From IMG/VR virus record IMGVR_UViG_3300020577_007013: 64,000 nt of DNA. One strand, given 5' to 3'. A program made the translations under genes and the position numbers. This DNA comes from a virus. Its lineage: Duplodnaviria; Caudoviricetes. The notes under the pieces were generated by a model, which saw only the letters and a list, made by a program, of their open reading frames with translations, was not told where the DNA came from and searched no databases. Positions 19,247 through 31,271 of the stretch are shown here, one piece after another (the first letter of the stretch is position 1; each line of letters opens with the position of its first letter).

Positions 19247-19825
19247 ATATAATACAGACAATAGAAAAAGTACGTAGCAACAGAGAGTCACTCGAGATGG
19301 AGAGAAAACGTTGTGGTTGGTACCCACTCGATCAGGCACATGACGACTGCTTAGAGTTACTCAAAGTGATAGACCTACTCATGAACGGCAAAGCACTTAA
19401 CAGTTTACATAACCAAATAGTGAAACTCGAAGTAGAGAACGCTGAACTGAAAGAAAGGAACAGACTATTGGAATCTGAAGTTGAAGCCCTCAACGACCAA
19501 TGGCACCAACAAATGGAGAACCTGAGGTAAATGACGTATACAAGTTACCTAGACTTAACCCTAGTTGACTCAGCTTTCCTAGGTTTGTCACTTGCAGGAG
19601 CCTAATATGGAAGTATTGATTATAGCAGCAATCATCCTAGCTCTACTGCTAGTAGCTGCCACACCAAGTCTCGACTACAGAGTCATCCCGTCCAAAGGAC
19701 CTGGTGAAGTTCGCTTCGATGGTAGGAGCTTCCGTAGGGTGTTCAGAACTTCTCGAGAACGAGCTCAATGGACAGAGGAACTCAAAGCTGAGCAGAAGCG
19801 AATAATCGAGGAACTGAGAAAATGA
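19243..19825 (+). CDS. Two hypothetical ORFs (19243-19530 coiled-coil; 19592/19607-19825 N-terminal TM)
   Basis: ORF track. Confidence 0.45.
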
Positions 19826-20253
19826 AGTTCCAAATGGTAGCAGGTTTCCCGTCCAATGGCTTCACCAACAGGTTGCTCACCGAACTAGAGCTCAACTATA
19901 CCGGTAATATCCGTTACACAGTAAGACGACTATTCAGTCAACTCAAAGCAGTGACGGGACCTAAGTTCAGTTATGACTGGGAAGGGGAAGACTGCCTCGT
20001 CATAGAGCCCGCTACTTTCAGTGACTGCCTACTTTTCGTAGGGCTCGATGTTGGGGAAGCTATAGTAAACGAGTCGCTTCTCGTGAGAGACGGCAAAACC
20101 TTGTACTACTACGAGGACAGGGCCCTGAAAAAGAGACCTGACATGGGCTACGAAATCAGCTATGTAGTAGGACCTGACAACCGACTAAAGCTCGGATACG
20201 GTGGTCCACTGTTCAGGGAATATAGGGAAAAGGTGGCATGGGAACTTTCGTAA
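19822..20253 (+). CDS. Family A paralog, C-terminal tag EYREKVAWEL
   Basis: FSDCLLFVG core. Confidence 0.55.
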   Translation: MKFQMVAGFPSNGFTNRLLTELELNYTGNIRYTVRRLFSQLKAVTGPKFSYDWEGEDCLVIEPATFSDCLLFVGLDVGEAIVNESLLVRDGKTLYYYEDRALKKRPDMGYEISYVVGPDNRLKLGYGGPLFREYREKVAWELS

Positions 20254-20558
20254 ACTCCTACGTGTGGGTCCTGCTAATTTTGGGGCACTACGTGCTGGTG
20301 TCTTGGCTATCTTTTCGGATTTCGGAATCCAAGTCGGGTTGGGGAACCCTAATCCTGTGGTCCATGGGCTTGGCTCCCTACTGGATTGTGGTAACTCGAT
20401 TCTCGGACAATCTACCGTTGGCCGGCTTCATCTACGATTTCGCAGTAGCGGCCGGTTGGGCCATCGGAGTGCTGCTCTTCAAGGGAGAGACATTCGGGCT
20501 GTGGCAATACGTTGGTGTGGCTCTCATGTTTGCCGGAATCCTGGCATTTCGCAGATAA
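20238..20558 (+). CDS. Small 4-TM membrane protein (SMR/EamA-like)
   Basis: Four hydrophobic segments; C-terminal GE.FGLWQYVGVALMFAGI. Confidence 0.6.
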   Translation: MGTFVNSYVWVLLILGHYVLVSWLSFRISESKSGWGTLILWSMGLAPYWIVVTRFSDNLPLAGFIYDFAVAAGWAIGVLLFKGETFGLWQYVGVALMFAGILAFRR

Positions 20559-20633
20559 TTCGGGAACTAGGATCTCCCGGCTATTATACCTAACCATGGG
20601 ATTTAGCAGGACCGACCGAACTGGTACCCTATC

Positions 20634-22758
20634 ATGAACATCTGTACACTAGAATCTGAGTTTAAGAATCCTTTTGCTGATGAGCTCTTTCGAAGAGTGG
20701 GGCCTGTTTATGGATATATCGGAAGGCGAATAGATGAGGAATTTAAGAAGTTGGGAGTGAAATGGGAGCTGGAGTATGTGGTAGTACCTACCTCGTTCTA
20801 TACCTTCTTGCTCTTCCAAGGCTATGACTTGGCTTCTGCTAAAGCGTTTCTGTCTGCGGTTACGGATGAGGTCTATATCTATTCTTATAATGGTAAGGAC
20901 TATACCAAGGTCTATCAAGAAGTTGGAGTCGCTTTTCGGGACGAAGTCCCGGCTATTCCTGAAAGTTGTCGATTGGGACGGAGGTGGAAGGTGGTCGGGG
21001 AATTGGAGAGACTTTACAAAATTCGAGTGAGGAGCTTACTGTGAAGTACAAACTAGCAAATGGTCTGAAGACCGAATTCAGCGAGAAGCTTCTAGATCAT
21101 ATCAACGGTATCAACAGTAGGAATCCTTTTCTACTCATAGCCAAGGTCATAGACGACTACCTAGATAATTTAGGAGTCTCGTTTGTCCAGCATCCTAGCT
21201 TCTATTTTAGGAATGGTCTGATCAGCGGAAAGGACTTCTTTTCCGAGCTCCTTCTCTTAGGTTTCAACTGTCCAGGAATCAGTGATAGAGATTGTGCAGT
21301 AGTGGGAAATGTAGGGTATTGGATGAATGGGAATATAGTTGAACAGATACCTAGATCTATGAATTCTTACAGTGAATACCAAATCGAAGAGTTTCTTTTC
21401 AAGCAACGGAGTTCGAGTTTAGAGAACTTGTATAAGGCTAAGGTGGTGGAACTCCTATGAACTGGAGACTACGAAGTGGCATAGAAACTGAATTCAGTGT
21501 GGGTCTGATCAGAAGTTTGGGAAGTCATTCTGTTCTTAACGACGTTGCAGACTACCTCAACAAGTTCGAAATACCTTTGGTAGGAGGTTCTGATTTTACT
21601 TTATTTGGAACCAAAATTGCTGGGAAGTCATTCTATTACGAGCTCCTTTTATTGGGCTTTCATTGTCCCGGCATCAAGGATTGGGAATGTGCTCTTGATG
21701 GTGACGATGGGTACTGGTGGTATGAAGGTGGGATCATGTATGTATCTAGACAGCATAATGAATATGATCCATACGAGATAAGAGAATTTCTTCATAAGCG
21801 AGAGAGTGGAGTCAAGAAGAAGTACAAAGAGTATGTTAAAGCACTTTGAGACTTCATTAGACTGTCATTACTCTAGAGTTCTTTTTGAAGAGATCGATAA
21901 GTATAGAGTCTATGATGATCCTAATAGAGTGGCCGCAATGTTGGAAGGAAAATTTATTGAGATATATCAAGCAGTCGGAATCAAAAGACCATTTAGAAGT
22001 CCATCATTCTCAGTATCTACAGACGCACTAGATGATGAAGTTAGAGTAGCCGGAGAAGATATGTTCAGTGCCATGCTTCTTCAAGGATACTTCATTCCTG
22101 AAATCGCTGACTGTGCTAGACCATGTTATTCTGAAGCATCTAATAAACTCTATTACTTTACTCAATATGGACTACAAATAGACGAGACTTTTATTCAGAC
22201 TTTTCCTAGAGAGGTTGTCCATCTAAATAGCTCCCATAGACTTTTCTTAAATTTTAAGGATGTCAGTAAAGAGTACAAAGAGAAGTTGTTAGCAATCTTA
22301 TGATGAACGATTTTAATAAGGAATTCCTTGAGAGTCTTAAGAAAGAGATTGGTGGAAAGCCACTAGACAAACGAATCGAAGATCACATAAAATATAAGAC
22401 TGAAGCCTGGCTCAATGAAAGACTCTGGACATCTAGACAATTCTTTTCTGAGAAACCGACAGTCTCTATAGTTTCAGATAAAAGTTCTTACTCAATCTCT
22501 ATAAATGGAGCCGATCTATACACCTCTCTTCTTCTGCTAGGATACAATGTCCACGATCCAGACCCAACTTGTGTGTTCTATTTCAATGGCTTCAGTGAGA
22601 CCATGACTTGGGATGGAAAGTCTTTGCATTGGAAAGAGAATAAAAGTAGACTCATTAGTGAACCAAACTTTTTCAATTTAGACCCATACTCCCTTATTCC
22701 GAGACCCAATATAAAGATGATGGAAGACTACAAAGATCGGGTGTCGAGTCTTTTATGA
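20634..22758 (+). CDS. Tandem array of five family A paralogs (20634-21044, 21041-21460, 21457-21849, 21833-22303, 22300-22758), each ending in the C-terminal tag
   Basis: Cores FYTFLLFQG, FFSELLLLG, FYYELLLLG, MFSAMLLQG, LYTSLLLLG; ends LYKIRVRSLL, LYKAKVVELL, KYKEYVKAL, EYKEKLLAIL, DYKDRVSSLL. Confidence 0.7.
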
Positions 22759-22964
22759 AAAAAGGGGATCGTGTAAAAATCATTGCTAAAAATAGCATAT
22801 ATAAAGATAGAACCTATGTCATAAAGCATGCTGATAAGACTTCTGAAGTCTATCACTTAGAGTTTCCTAACGGAGATCAAGTTCCATTCTATTCTTATGA
22901 AATTGTTCGTTGTGATCTAGAAGTTCTAGATTCTTATAAGAAAAAACTAATGGAGATTTTATGA
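22755..22964 (+). CDS. KOW/SH3-like small protein with C-terminal tag SYKKKLMEIL
   Basis: MKKGDRVKII start. Confidence 0.55.
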   Translation: MKKGDRVKIIAKNSIYKDRTYVIKHADKTSEVYHLEFPNGDQVPFYSYEIVRCDLEVLDSYKKKLMEIL

Positions 22965-23121
22965 CACCACAAGATGCCAAACAGCTTTATGAAGCAGATG
23001 TAATGACACCTGAACTATGGGCCGAAGCTGCATTGGCTGCCATGGATTCAGTGACTACAAGTTACAATAATACTACAGACATGTTTTGGAGAGAATTCTT
23101 TAAGGAAGTCAAGGGGTACGG

Positions 23122-23436
23122 ATGAACTATTTCGAAGACAAAGTAACTGAGCTGAGAAAGCTTATCGCTATGTCTCTTTCAAAGGAAGAGAGAAAGGCTG
23201 TAGAGAAGCTTTTAAGAGAAGTCGCAAAAGATCAGAGAGAATTTTCTGCCAGAGCAGTTCGCTATTGGTATGACGAGGAGATGGATGAGAAATTGTTACA
23301 TCACATACTACAATGTGAAATCAGAAATGATCCAAGTTGGGGAGCACTTACAGCAGTAGACAAAAACTTACAAGGTCTAATGGATTTAGGAGAAGACTTT
23401 GTCGATGATTACAATAGGAGAAATGATGTACGATAG
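23122..23436 (+). CDS. Hypothetical protein
   Basis: ORF track; ATGA coupling. Confidence 0.5.
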   Translation: MNYFEDKVTELRKLIAMSLSKEERKAVEKLLREVAKDQREFSARAVRYWYDEEMDEKLLHHILQCEIRNDPSWGALTAVDKNLQGLMDLGEDFVDDYNRRNDVR

Positions 23437-23875
23437 TGAAGCAGATACAAGAAAGCATATAGCGAGAGTCGCTGACTTAATAGGTGAAGTTCAAAAGGAT
23501 CTAATCGATAGAGCTCGATATCATGATGCTTCTAAACTTAGTCCTGAAGAGAAAAGCTACTTTGACGAGTACACACCTAAACTAAAAGGGGTCACATACA
23601 ATTCTCCAGAATACAAGCAGTTCCTTGTTGACATGAAGCCAGCTCTCGACCATCACTATGCTAAGTGTCGGCATCATCCCCAACATTTTAAGAACGGAGT
23701 AGAGGACATGAATATTATAGATGTTCTTGAGATGTTACTTGACTGGAAAGCTTCTTCTGAACGTCACAACGATGGAAACATTCGGAAGAGTATCGAGATC
23801 AATGCAGAAAGATTCGGTCTAAGTCCACAATTAAGAAAGATCATGGAAAATACTTGTGACTATTTAAGGTGGTAA
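23423..23875 (+). CDS. HD-like metal-binding protein (DUF5662-type)
   Basis: H...HDASK...ALDHHY..CRHHPQHF...EMLLDW; AGGAG SD before ATG 23423. Confidence 0.7.
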   Translation: MMYDSEADTRKHIARVADLIGEVQKDLIDRARYHDASKLSPEEKSYFDEYTPKLKGVTYNSPEYKQFLVDMKPALDHHYAKCRHHPQHFKNGVEDMNIIDVLEMLLDWKASSERHNDGNIRKSIEINAERFGLSPQLRKIMENTCDYLRW

Positions 23876-23876
23876 C

Positions 23877-24501
23877 ATGAAAATTGATTCTAAACAGTTT
23901 GGTCCAAATGACAGCAGAATGAGAGTAAGGTCAGGATTGATCAATTCTGAAGATCCTTTAGTAGTCTTGCTATATCTACTAATGAGAGATCACATTCCTT
24001 CAGGAGATATTGAAGGTATTTTGAAGGACATTCAGAATGAAGAGTATGAATTCAGCAATGGGTGGCTCGCAAATCATGCTAAGGATATTGCAGAGAGACT
24101 AAGAGTTCAATCTGTTCAGAAAGAAAAATCTAAGCCAAAGAGACCTAGAAATAGAGTCATTAAAGGATGATATGGAAGATATAGTCTACCTTATCGAAGA
24201 CCCAAATCCTAGTCATCCTGAGTATGCTGGACTTGAGAAGCACATTTACATTTATGAAGATGGAAAGAAATTCAGGCTCATGCGTTCTTATGGATATTGT
24301 TGTTTCAAGAAAGGAATAGAATATAGGAAGCTCAAGGAGATTAGTCGAGACACTCTCATCTATTATCTCACCAATATTGAGTCACTAGTCGGTGGAGATC
24401 AAGAAGATTGGCATGCTATGGCCGATGATTTGCTCTGTCTCTATATCAATGACAAGGAAATAGTAGAGGCTTACAGCAATGTCGAGAAATGGTATGCATG
24501 A
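23877..24501 (+). CDS. Two hypothetical proteins (23877-24170, 24172-24501)
   Basis: ORF track. Confidence 0.5.
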
Positions 24502-24513
24502 GTTGTAAACAGA

Positions 24514-25725
24514 ATGTCAACGTTCTCTGAAGAACTTTTATCTAGACTAAGAGAAGAGTCTAAAGGGCTGAATTCCTTTTCATCCATAGATAGTCTTATT
24601 AGAAAATTCATTCCTGATAGATCTTTCAGATACCAATGCCATTGGAAAACTTCGTATGAACTGTCAGGAATCATTCCTGATGATTACTATAGTGCTCTAC
24701 TTCTTCAAGGAATCAGAGTTCCTATCTCTTTGGATAGAGACTCGTTGGTCGTCGTCGACGGTAATATAGCTTATGAATGGAATAGGAAACTCATCACCTA
24801 TGACTACAAGAAAGTTGGTCATCAATCATTCAGAAGATACTACGTTGTAAAAGAGTCTGACAGACTGAGTTTTCCTAGTAGTAAGATAAGAGAAGAATAC
24901 TTGGAGAAAGTCAATGAGCTTTTATGAGACTCTCATCTCGATGATTCAAAAAAGATTCGGAAGAGTGAGAGTGGATGTTAAAGCAGTGAGAGCTTATGTC
25001 AGAAAGCTGATCAAAGACGAACGATTTCAATTTGTGGTAAATTCGGACGGGACATTGTCAGACTATACTCACTACGGAGCTCTTCTTATGAGAGGAATCA
25101 AAGTTCCTAGGTCTGTGATCAGCAATAGTCTCTATGTGAGAGATGGGGATATCTACTATTCTTGGTTTAGGGGAACTCTGGTCGCAAATAAATACTCAGA
25201 CTTAGATAAACAATTGAATGTTGGTCATTGGTTCACAGTAAGCGACGGAGATAGACTACAGATAAAAGTCAGTTCCTTAGAAGAGGAATATGAGAGGAAG
25301 GTTCTGTGCATTCTGACTTGAGAGAATGGTTCATTAAGACTTGGTTCGGTCAGAAGCTGACTCCAGAAGTTAGAACAGCCATTAAGATCGATATGAAGAG
25401 AATTCTCCCTTATCAGATCCATTATGTGATCGATCGGAAAGACGGACTCATCCTTGATCTCATTCCTAAAGACTATTACACAGCATTACTATTTAGAGGA
25501 GTGAACATACCCGGAATTGGATCTGGAGATACTGTGAGAGACCGTAAGGTCAATTATTCTTGGATTGCTGGGGAGCTTCAAGTCTTAAGAGTCCCAGATC
25601 ACGAAGGAAAAAGATATGGTTTCAATTATGAAGTAAGAGAAAAAGACAGATTGAAGTTCGCTAAGAGCCCTATTAAAATGAACTATGAGAACAAAATTAG
25701 AGGACTCCTGAAAGAGGTATTATAG
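24514..25725 (+). CDS. Three family A paralogs (24514-24927, 24914-25321, 25306-25725) with C-terminal tag
   Basis: YYSALLLQG, HYGALLMRG, YYTALLFRG; ends EYLEKVNELL, EYERKVLCIL, NYENKIRGLL. Confidence 0.7.
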
Positions 25726-28265
25726 ATGAACATGACCATTAAACAACAACTTGTTGACTATGTCAACTCCCACCCAGTACGTTCGAAGATCACAAAAGAT
25801 GACATTGACTTGTCCATTGCAGCTTCCCCTAAGACACTCGAAAATTACAGAACAGTTCTTTTCGAAGCAGGCTATCTGAAAAGAACTCAGACCAGAGGTC
25901 TCTATCAAGTAGCAAAAAGAATTCCAAAGAATTTCCTGTAGTAGACGTCCAGTGACTGAAGATAGAAAAGAATTGATAATGGTGAGCTCTATGATAGGGC
26001 TCATCCTTTTAGCTTGTGTTCTCATGTTCAAGGACGGAATATGAGAACTGAGTTCGAAGGAATCTTAAGTGATGCTATCAATAAAGCTGTCATTCTTGTA
26101 GAGTCGAATGTGACAGATAAGACTACAGAGCAGTATCTAGAGTATGAAGAAGCATTATCAAGAATTCATGATTTTGAAATGAAAGAGTTCGAAGCTCAGA
26201 GAAATAGAAACAGATGAGTACCCAGAATAATCCCATCAATGTCTCCATAGAGAAGACCTCATATCATACTGTTACGGATGAAGCAGATCCAAATGATGAA
26301 TGGAGTTGTGACAGTACGGATTGTGACCATGACGTCGAGTCTCTAAAAGAAGTGAAGGATCGTGGAGACTTTATCTTTACTCCAAACAAGATTCAAGACG
26401 AGTACTTTCTTGTCTATGCTACCTACTCTACAGGAGATACCTTCCACAGAGAAGGTGGATGTTTTCAACCAATTGCTATTTACTCTGATTATCAGTCTGC
26501 AGAGAAGACAAAGTCTCATCTAGAAGATTGGACTAAAGAAAAGAAGGATGAGTCTGAGTACAATACTATCATCCAACTTGAAGACGGTAGTGGAGGATTC
26601 AAAGACTTCCAATTTCATGTTCCTTGGATTGGATATTTTGAGCACTTAGAAGAAATCGAAATCAAAAAATTATTACTTCATAGGAGAGTCAAATGAGTCA
26701 ATTAGGAATTGGAGCCATGTTGGGAATGCTTTCAGAAAACCATTCCTCTGAAGCTTACAAACAGTCTGTAGGAAAGAAAATTTCGGATCTACATATTCAA
26801 GATAGCGAAATCATCATTACGTTCGATGACAATTCTAGGTTGGTGATCTCAGATGATGGCCAGTCTTGCTGCGAAAGCAGATACATGACTTCCGATGATG
26901 ATCTAACTTTATTCAAAGAAGCGACTCTAAAAGATATCGAGCTTCTTGATTGTGAAGAAAAAGAAGATGATGAAGATCACGGCTGTCATGAGATTCAATT
27001 CCTTAGAATCTCCACAGACAAAGGTGACTTCAGATTAGCAAGTCACAATGAGCACAACGGCTATTATGGTGGTTTCTCAATTAAAATGGAGGTAAGATAA
27101 TGTATATACTATTTTGGATTATCTTTACAGGACAAGGTGTTGCGACTCAACAAGGAGTTACAAGTGGAACAAGAGAATTTGCTTCCATGGAGTCTTGTGA
27201 AAAGGTAAAGAAAAATATCATGTCGACTAGAGCATATCTCTATACGTCGACATTCAATCACGTTGAATGCTATAAGAAATGAACACACTCCTCTTCCTTA
27301 CTCCTTTTCTGGTCATCTTTTTGATCTACTGTATGTTAGGGAGAATATGTTCAATCTTAATCGAAGCATTTCACTTATCGAAGCTGGATCCTCCACTTTC
27401 AGATTTCGAGCTCAATGTCATTAGAGCTCTTATCATTCTAATGTGGCCGATTGTCTCATTTTTCTACATTTTGGTAGGAACTCTTTATTTGTTCGGGAGA
27501 GTCTTTAAATGAAAGAAGCAGTCAGACAAATTGTCGATTTCCTAGAAAAAAATGACAAGATAGTCGAAGCAGCTTTAATAGACTCTATGCTTAGAGAGTT
27601 GAATCTTCTCAGACAGTCTTACACTCCTTACAAAACAAAATCAGTCCGATGATAATACAGAACGCAGTCGAGTTTCCTGACAAGTCTCTTCTTTACTCAA
27701 GACATGGTCATGACTTTGTCTCTAAGAATGGAGTCACACTTGACGGTGGATTAAATTATTACAGATCTTCTATGGAAAAAGATGCTCAGTATAAGAGTCT
27801 CTGTCTCGATGAACTCTCTACCATGGATGATATCCTTAAGCATCTCATCTGTGAAGCAACCGATAAAAAGTGGTCGGACATGGGAAGTTCAGAGATTGAA
27901 GAAGTGAGAAAGACTCTGCTAAATAAATATACAGGAGAGCCTTATGAAGGGAGCTTCAGTCAACATACAAATCATCATATTCTTCTTCACATTTATGTAG
28001 GAGGCTTCTGGCTTGTCCAAAATGTCAAGAATAAGAACCTTCTCAAAGGGGTCATAGATTGAGAATCGAAAGCAATCCCCATATAAGAGTCTACAAGAAT
28101 GTCCACTATCAATGTGACACTTGTGGAATTGGAAATATGATGTTCACTGGTGCTTGTTTTCCTATAAGTTCCCCTCTATATGAACATATTTGTTCTAATT
28201 GTGGAGTCAGACAGAACTTTTCTATTCAGTATCCTACTGTGACTTATGAGGAGAGAAAGGTATGA
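25726..28265 (+). CDS. Run of small hypothetical phage ORFs (25726, 26040, 26214, 26693, 27100, 27279, 27649, 28059)
   Basis: Co-oriented with overlapping start/stop codons. 26693 has QSCCE...HNGYYGG, 27649 has HGHDFV..LDGG, and 28059 has two CxxC pairs. Confidence 0.55.
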
Positions 28266-28729
28266 AATTACTTTGCTTTATGATCTTTGTGTGGTTGTTC
28301 TCAATCTATGGGACTTGTTATGGAGCTCAAGTGAAAGATAGAGAAACAACAATCTATTTCATAGCTTCTTCATTGATCTCATTGGCTGGAATCTACTTTT
28401 CATTATGGAGAATTAGAAGATGAGAAAGCATTGGAAGCCTGAGCATCCTTGGATGAAGGACTGGTCAAAAGATCTGAAATATAAATCCAAGCCTCCTGAG
28501 ATTGATTTAGAAGAAATGGAAAGAAGGAAGTTAGGACAGTCTAGGAAAAAGCTTCTTGCACTTTTGGAGGAAATGAAATGAATACTTGCGACTCTTGTTT
28601 TTATAGCGCCTTACATGAGACCCGATACTGTCGAAATCCTAGATTCAAAGGAGACGAAGTTGATATTGAGGTCTCTGATAAATTCTCCTGTGCAGACTGG
28701 AAAGAAGATGATGTAATCATAATTGAAGA

Positions 28730-29155
28730 ATGAGAGGAGCTTCCAGCTACAAGAAGTTTCTTGAGTTCTGTTGGAATGCTCCTAAAATAAAACGTACTCA
28801 CATCTACTGCTCACCTCCCCATACATTTGAGATGAGGTGTCCTAAAAATAAGCGACATAAACTCGAATGGTCTGAATTCGAGAAGCATCTTTGGTGTTAC
28901 AATTGCGAGAAAGACTTCTGTATTCCTGAACATAGCAGATGGACTGGAATTTTTTCAGGACCGATTCTCGTAAACGTGGCTCAACTCATGGGTTGTGATT
29001 TCAGAAGATTGAATCTCGAGACGAAGGAGATCATTGAGACTGATAGTCCCGACTTCCACAAAACTTGGGTCCTAGACCCTGAACTTATCAAGTATACGGA
29101 CCCTAATAAAGTTCGAAGAAAGTATGAGGAGAAGGTCTCTGAACTCTTACAATAA
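28730..29155 (+). CDS. Zn-ribbon protein with C-terminal tag KYEEKVSELL
   Basis: C..WSEF..HLWCYNC. Confidence 0.55.
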   Translation: MRGASSYKKFLEFCWNAPKIKRTHIYCSPPHTFEMRCPKNKRHKLEWSEFEKHLWCYNCEKDFCIPEHSRWTGIFSGPILVNVAQLMGCDFRRLNLETKEIIETDSPDFHKTWVLDPELIKYTDPNKVRRKYEEKVSELLQ

Positions 29156-29748
29156 ATGGTGTATCTTAATAGTAGGAGATCCTACAAACTCCTATCAAAT
29201 TCATAAGTGTAGAATTAAGACCACAGATCATGAGTTCTCACAAGTAGAGTTCATAGGTCTACATCAAACAATTACCGTAGGAAATGGTTATATTTTTGAC
29301 GACTTGTCCTTAGCACTTCTTTACATTTCAAAACTTGAATCTAAGATCGCTCCACTCACATCAGAAGACATTGTCGAAGCTCTTAAACCGATCTATGAAA
29401 TAGAGCGTCTTAAGAAAGAGAACTCTAGACTTAGGACAGATCTGAATAAAGCAATCTACGGTGACACAAAGTATCTCTCGTCTGGCTTAGGAGATCCTAT
29501 GGAGATCGACGGTGAGATTTAGAGAGGGAGACATAGTCTTCCTTGACTACAATCCCGAAATTCCAGATAAATACTGTCATCGATATTACAAAGTCAAAAA
29601 AGTCCTGGACAATTCCATGTATAGTTTTACAATTTCAAGTAGAGCTAATCCTTATGAATGGTTTGTGAGAGAAGAATGGGTTGATCATATTAAGAATGAA
29701 GTTCCTGAAGAATACATGAAAAAGGTGGCTCGACTTGTGGGATGTTGA
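29124..29748 (+). CDS. Two hypothetical ORFs (29124-29522; 29512-29748, SH3-like with tag EYMKKVARLV)
   Basis: ORF track; MRFREGDIV start. Confidence 0.5.
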
Positions 29749-29836
29749 CTTCGAAGCTCTCTATTTCATGGGTCTTTTTTCAGGATTCATAGTAGCTCTT
29801 GCTATGGTCTCTAAAGTCCTTGCAGACTAACCCTAT

Positions 29837-30394
29837 ATGTATAATCGACTTTTCTCAGAGAACCCATCAAAGATTCCGAAGCTTCTTTATTATGTCACAG
29901 ACAAGAAATATCTCAGGAAAATCTTTGCTGAAGGTCTTTTTCTTTGGCCGAAGAAACGTAAGCTCCATGAATCTGAGAAGGATGCTTACAGAGAATTCGA
30001 TGGTCTTCTAGAAGATGCAAAAGTACTTCGTATCAAGACTTCGGAACTCAATAAAGGGCTCTTTGTTTCAGAGTCGTCTTATGAAGGAAGTCTTCTTTAT
30101 CAAGGAAGAATTCCAAAGAAGCACATAACTCTAGTAAAAGGACTTAAGGAAAGAGCTCCTTCCAAAAGACAAATGCTTTTCAAGCAACAGTTCTTACAAA
30201 ATTTAGGTGACCAAAACAAAGATTACTTTCAAAGTTACATCTACACTACAGACACTGAAGAGGTCGTTAGATTTCTTCATTCAATCGATGCATTATTTCC
30301 AGATCTCTTAGGACATTTCAAAAATCTTGACTATGTTGTAGAAGATGGAAAGACCAAAATTACCGGTAGATATCTTACAGATGAAAAAGTATAA
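29837..30394 (+). CDS. N-tagged (MYNRLFSE) protein with ADP-ribosyltransferase/Tpt1-like fold candidate
   Basis: PKLLYYVT...IFAEGL...VLRIKT...RIPKKHI resembles LYHxT..I..EGL...vl.I...IP...I of Tpt1/ART-fold proteins; ACTAA upstream. Confidence 0.45.
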   Translation: MYNRLFSENPSKIPKLLYYVTDKKYLRKIFAEGLFLWPKKRKLHESEKDAYREFDGLLEDAKVLRIKTSELNKGLFVSESSYEGSLLYQGRIPKKHITLVKGLKERAPSKRQMLFKQQFLQNLGDQNKDYFQSYIYTTDTEEVVRFLHSIDALFPDLLGHFKNLDYVVEDGKTKITGRYLTDEKV

Positions 30395-30650
30395 AGCAAA
30401 TAAAAAGTTCGGTACTAAGATTGACAATATGCAGAAGCCTAAAAAGCTCAAAGGAGCGAGATTATCTGCTCAACTTATTGAAGATCAAATGAGAGGTCTC
30501 ATGTCTTTTGGAACTATTGATTTTTCTCGTTTATATGACTATACCTTGACCACGACGGCTGTAATGGGAGAGTCTTCAGTCAGAGATCTCTATGAAAACA
30601 GAGTGAAAAAGCTTCTCAAGGGCATAGAAGAAAGAACAGTTGAAAACTAA
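30381..30650 (+). CDS. Hypothetical protein with near-C-terminal tag LYENRVKKLL
   Basis: ORF; likely start ATG 30381. Confidence 0.5.
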   Translation: MKKYKANKKFGTKIDNMQKPKKLKGARLSAQLIEDQMRGLMSFGTIDFSRLYDYTLTTTAVMGESSVRDLYENRVKKLLKGIEERTVEN

Positions 30651-30656
30651 ACGAGT

Positions 30657-31151
30657 ATGATCGATCTACTTAAATGGCAACTTGAGAACTTCATAAACCC
30701 ATTCAATACAATTATTACTGTTTGTGGATTGCTTGCAATTTACTCAGCTTTCTACATTATCTACACCTTAGAGAAGAAAGAGTTTGTTAGACTTCTTGAC
30801 ATGAAGTTTAGTGTTTTTGAAAAAGGGCTTGTCAAGAAATGGGCTCAGTACATCGGTTGGGCATGCATCCAACAATGCATAATGCTAATCCCTTTCTACT
30901 TCATTGATCTTCCTGACCAATGGAAGTATTTCTTAGCAACAATCATCTTCAGTTCAGGTTTTCATTTTCCAAATAAACGTCTCATGCTTTTCACATTCGC
31001 ATTCGGAGGTATCTTCTATGGACTTTGGTTTTTCTTCAACTTTCAGTCAATCATTTACCTTGCTATCTTGCATGGTTTTGGTGGCACTTGTTTTTATAAA
31101 CTCGAATGGTCGATGACTTCATGGGTTTCCTACTGGAAAGAGAATAAATAA
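30657..31151 (+). CDS. Multi-TM membrane protein, CPBP/Abi (CAAX protease)-like
   Basis: Hydrophobic; F...FHFPN and YLAILHG motifs; QQ in place of the catalytic EE. Confidence 0.45.
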   Translation: MIDLLKWQLENFINPFNTIITVCGLLAIYSAFYIIYTLEKKEFVRLLDMKFSVFEKGLVKKWAQYIGWACIQQCIMLIPFYFIDLPDQWKYFLATIIFSSGFHFPNKRLMLFTFAFGGIFYGLWFFFNFQSIIYLAILHGFGGTCFYKLEWSMTSWVSYWKENK

Positions 31152-31271
31152 TGAAACAGCAACCTCAAGATTCAGGACATGACATGTACAAAGATCTTCG
31201 TAATGCACTCATCATAATCATAGCACTTATCTTCATCACCGGTTTCGTTTGCGCTAAGACTTGTAGATAAT

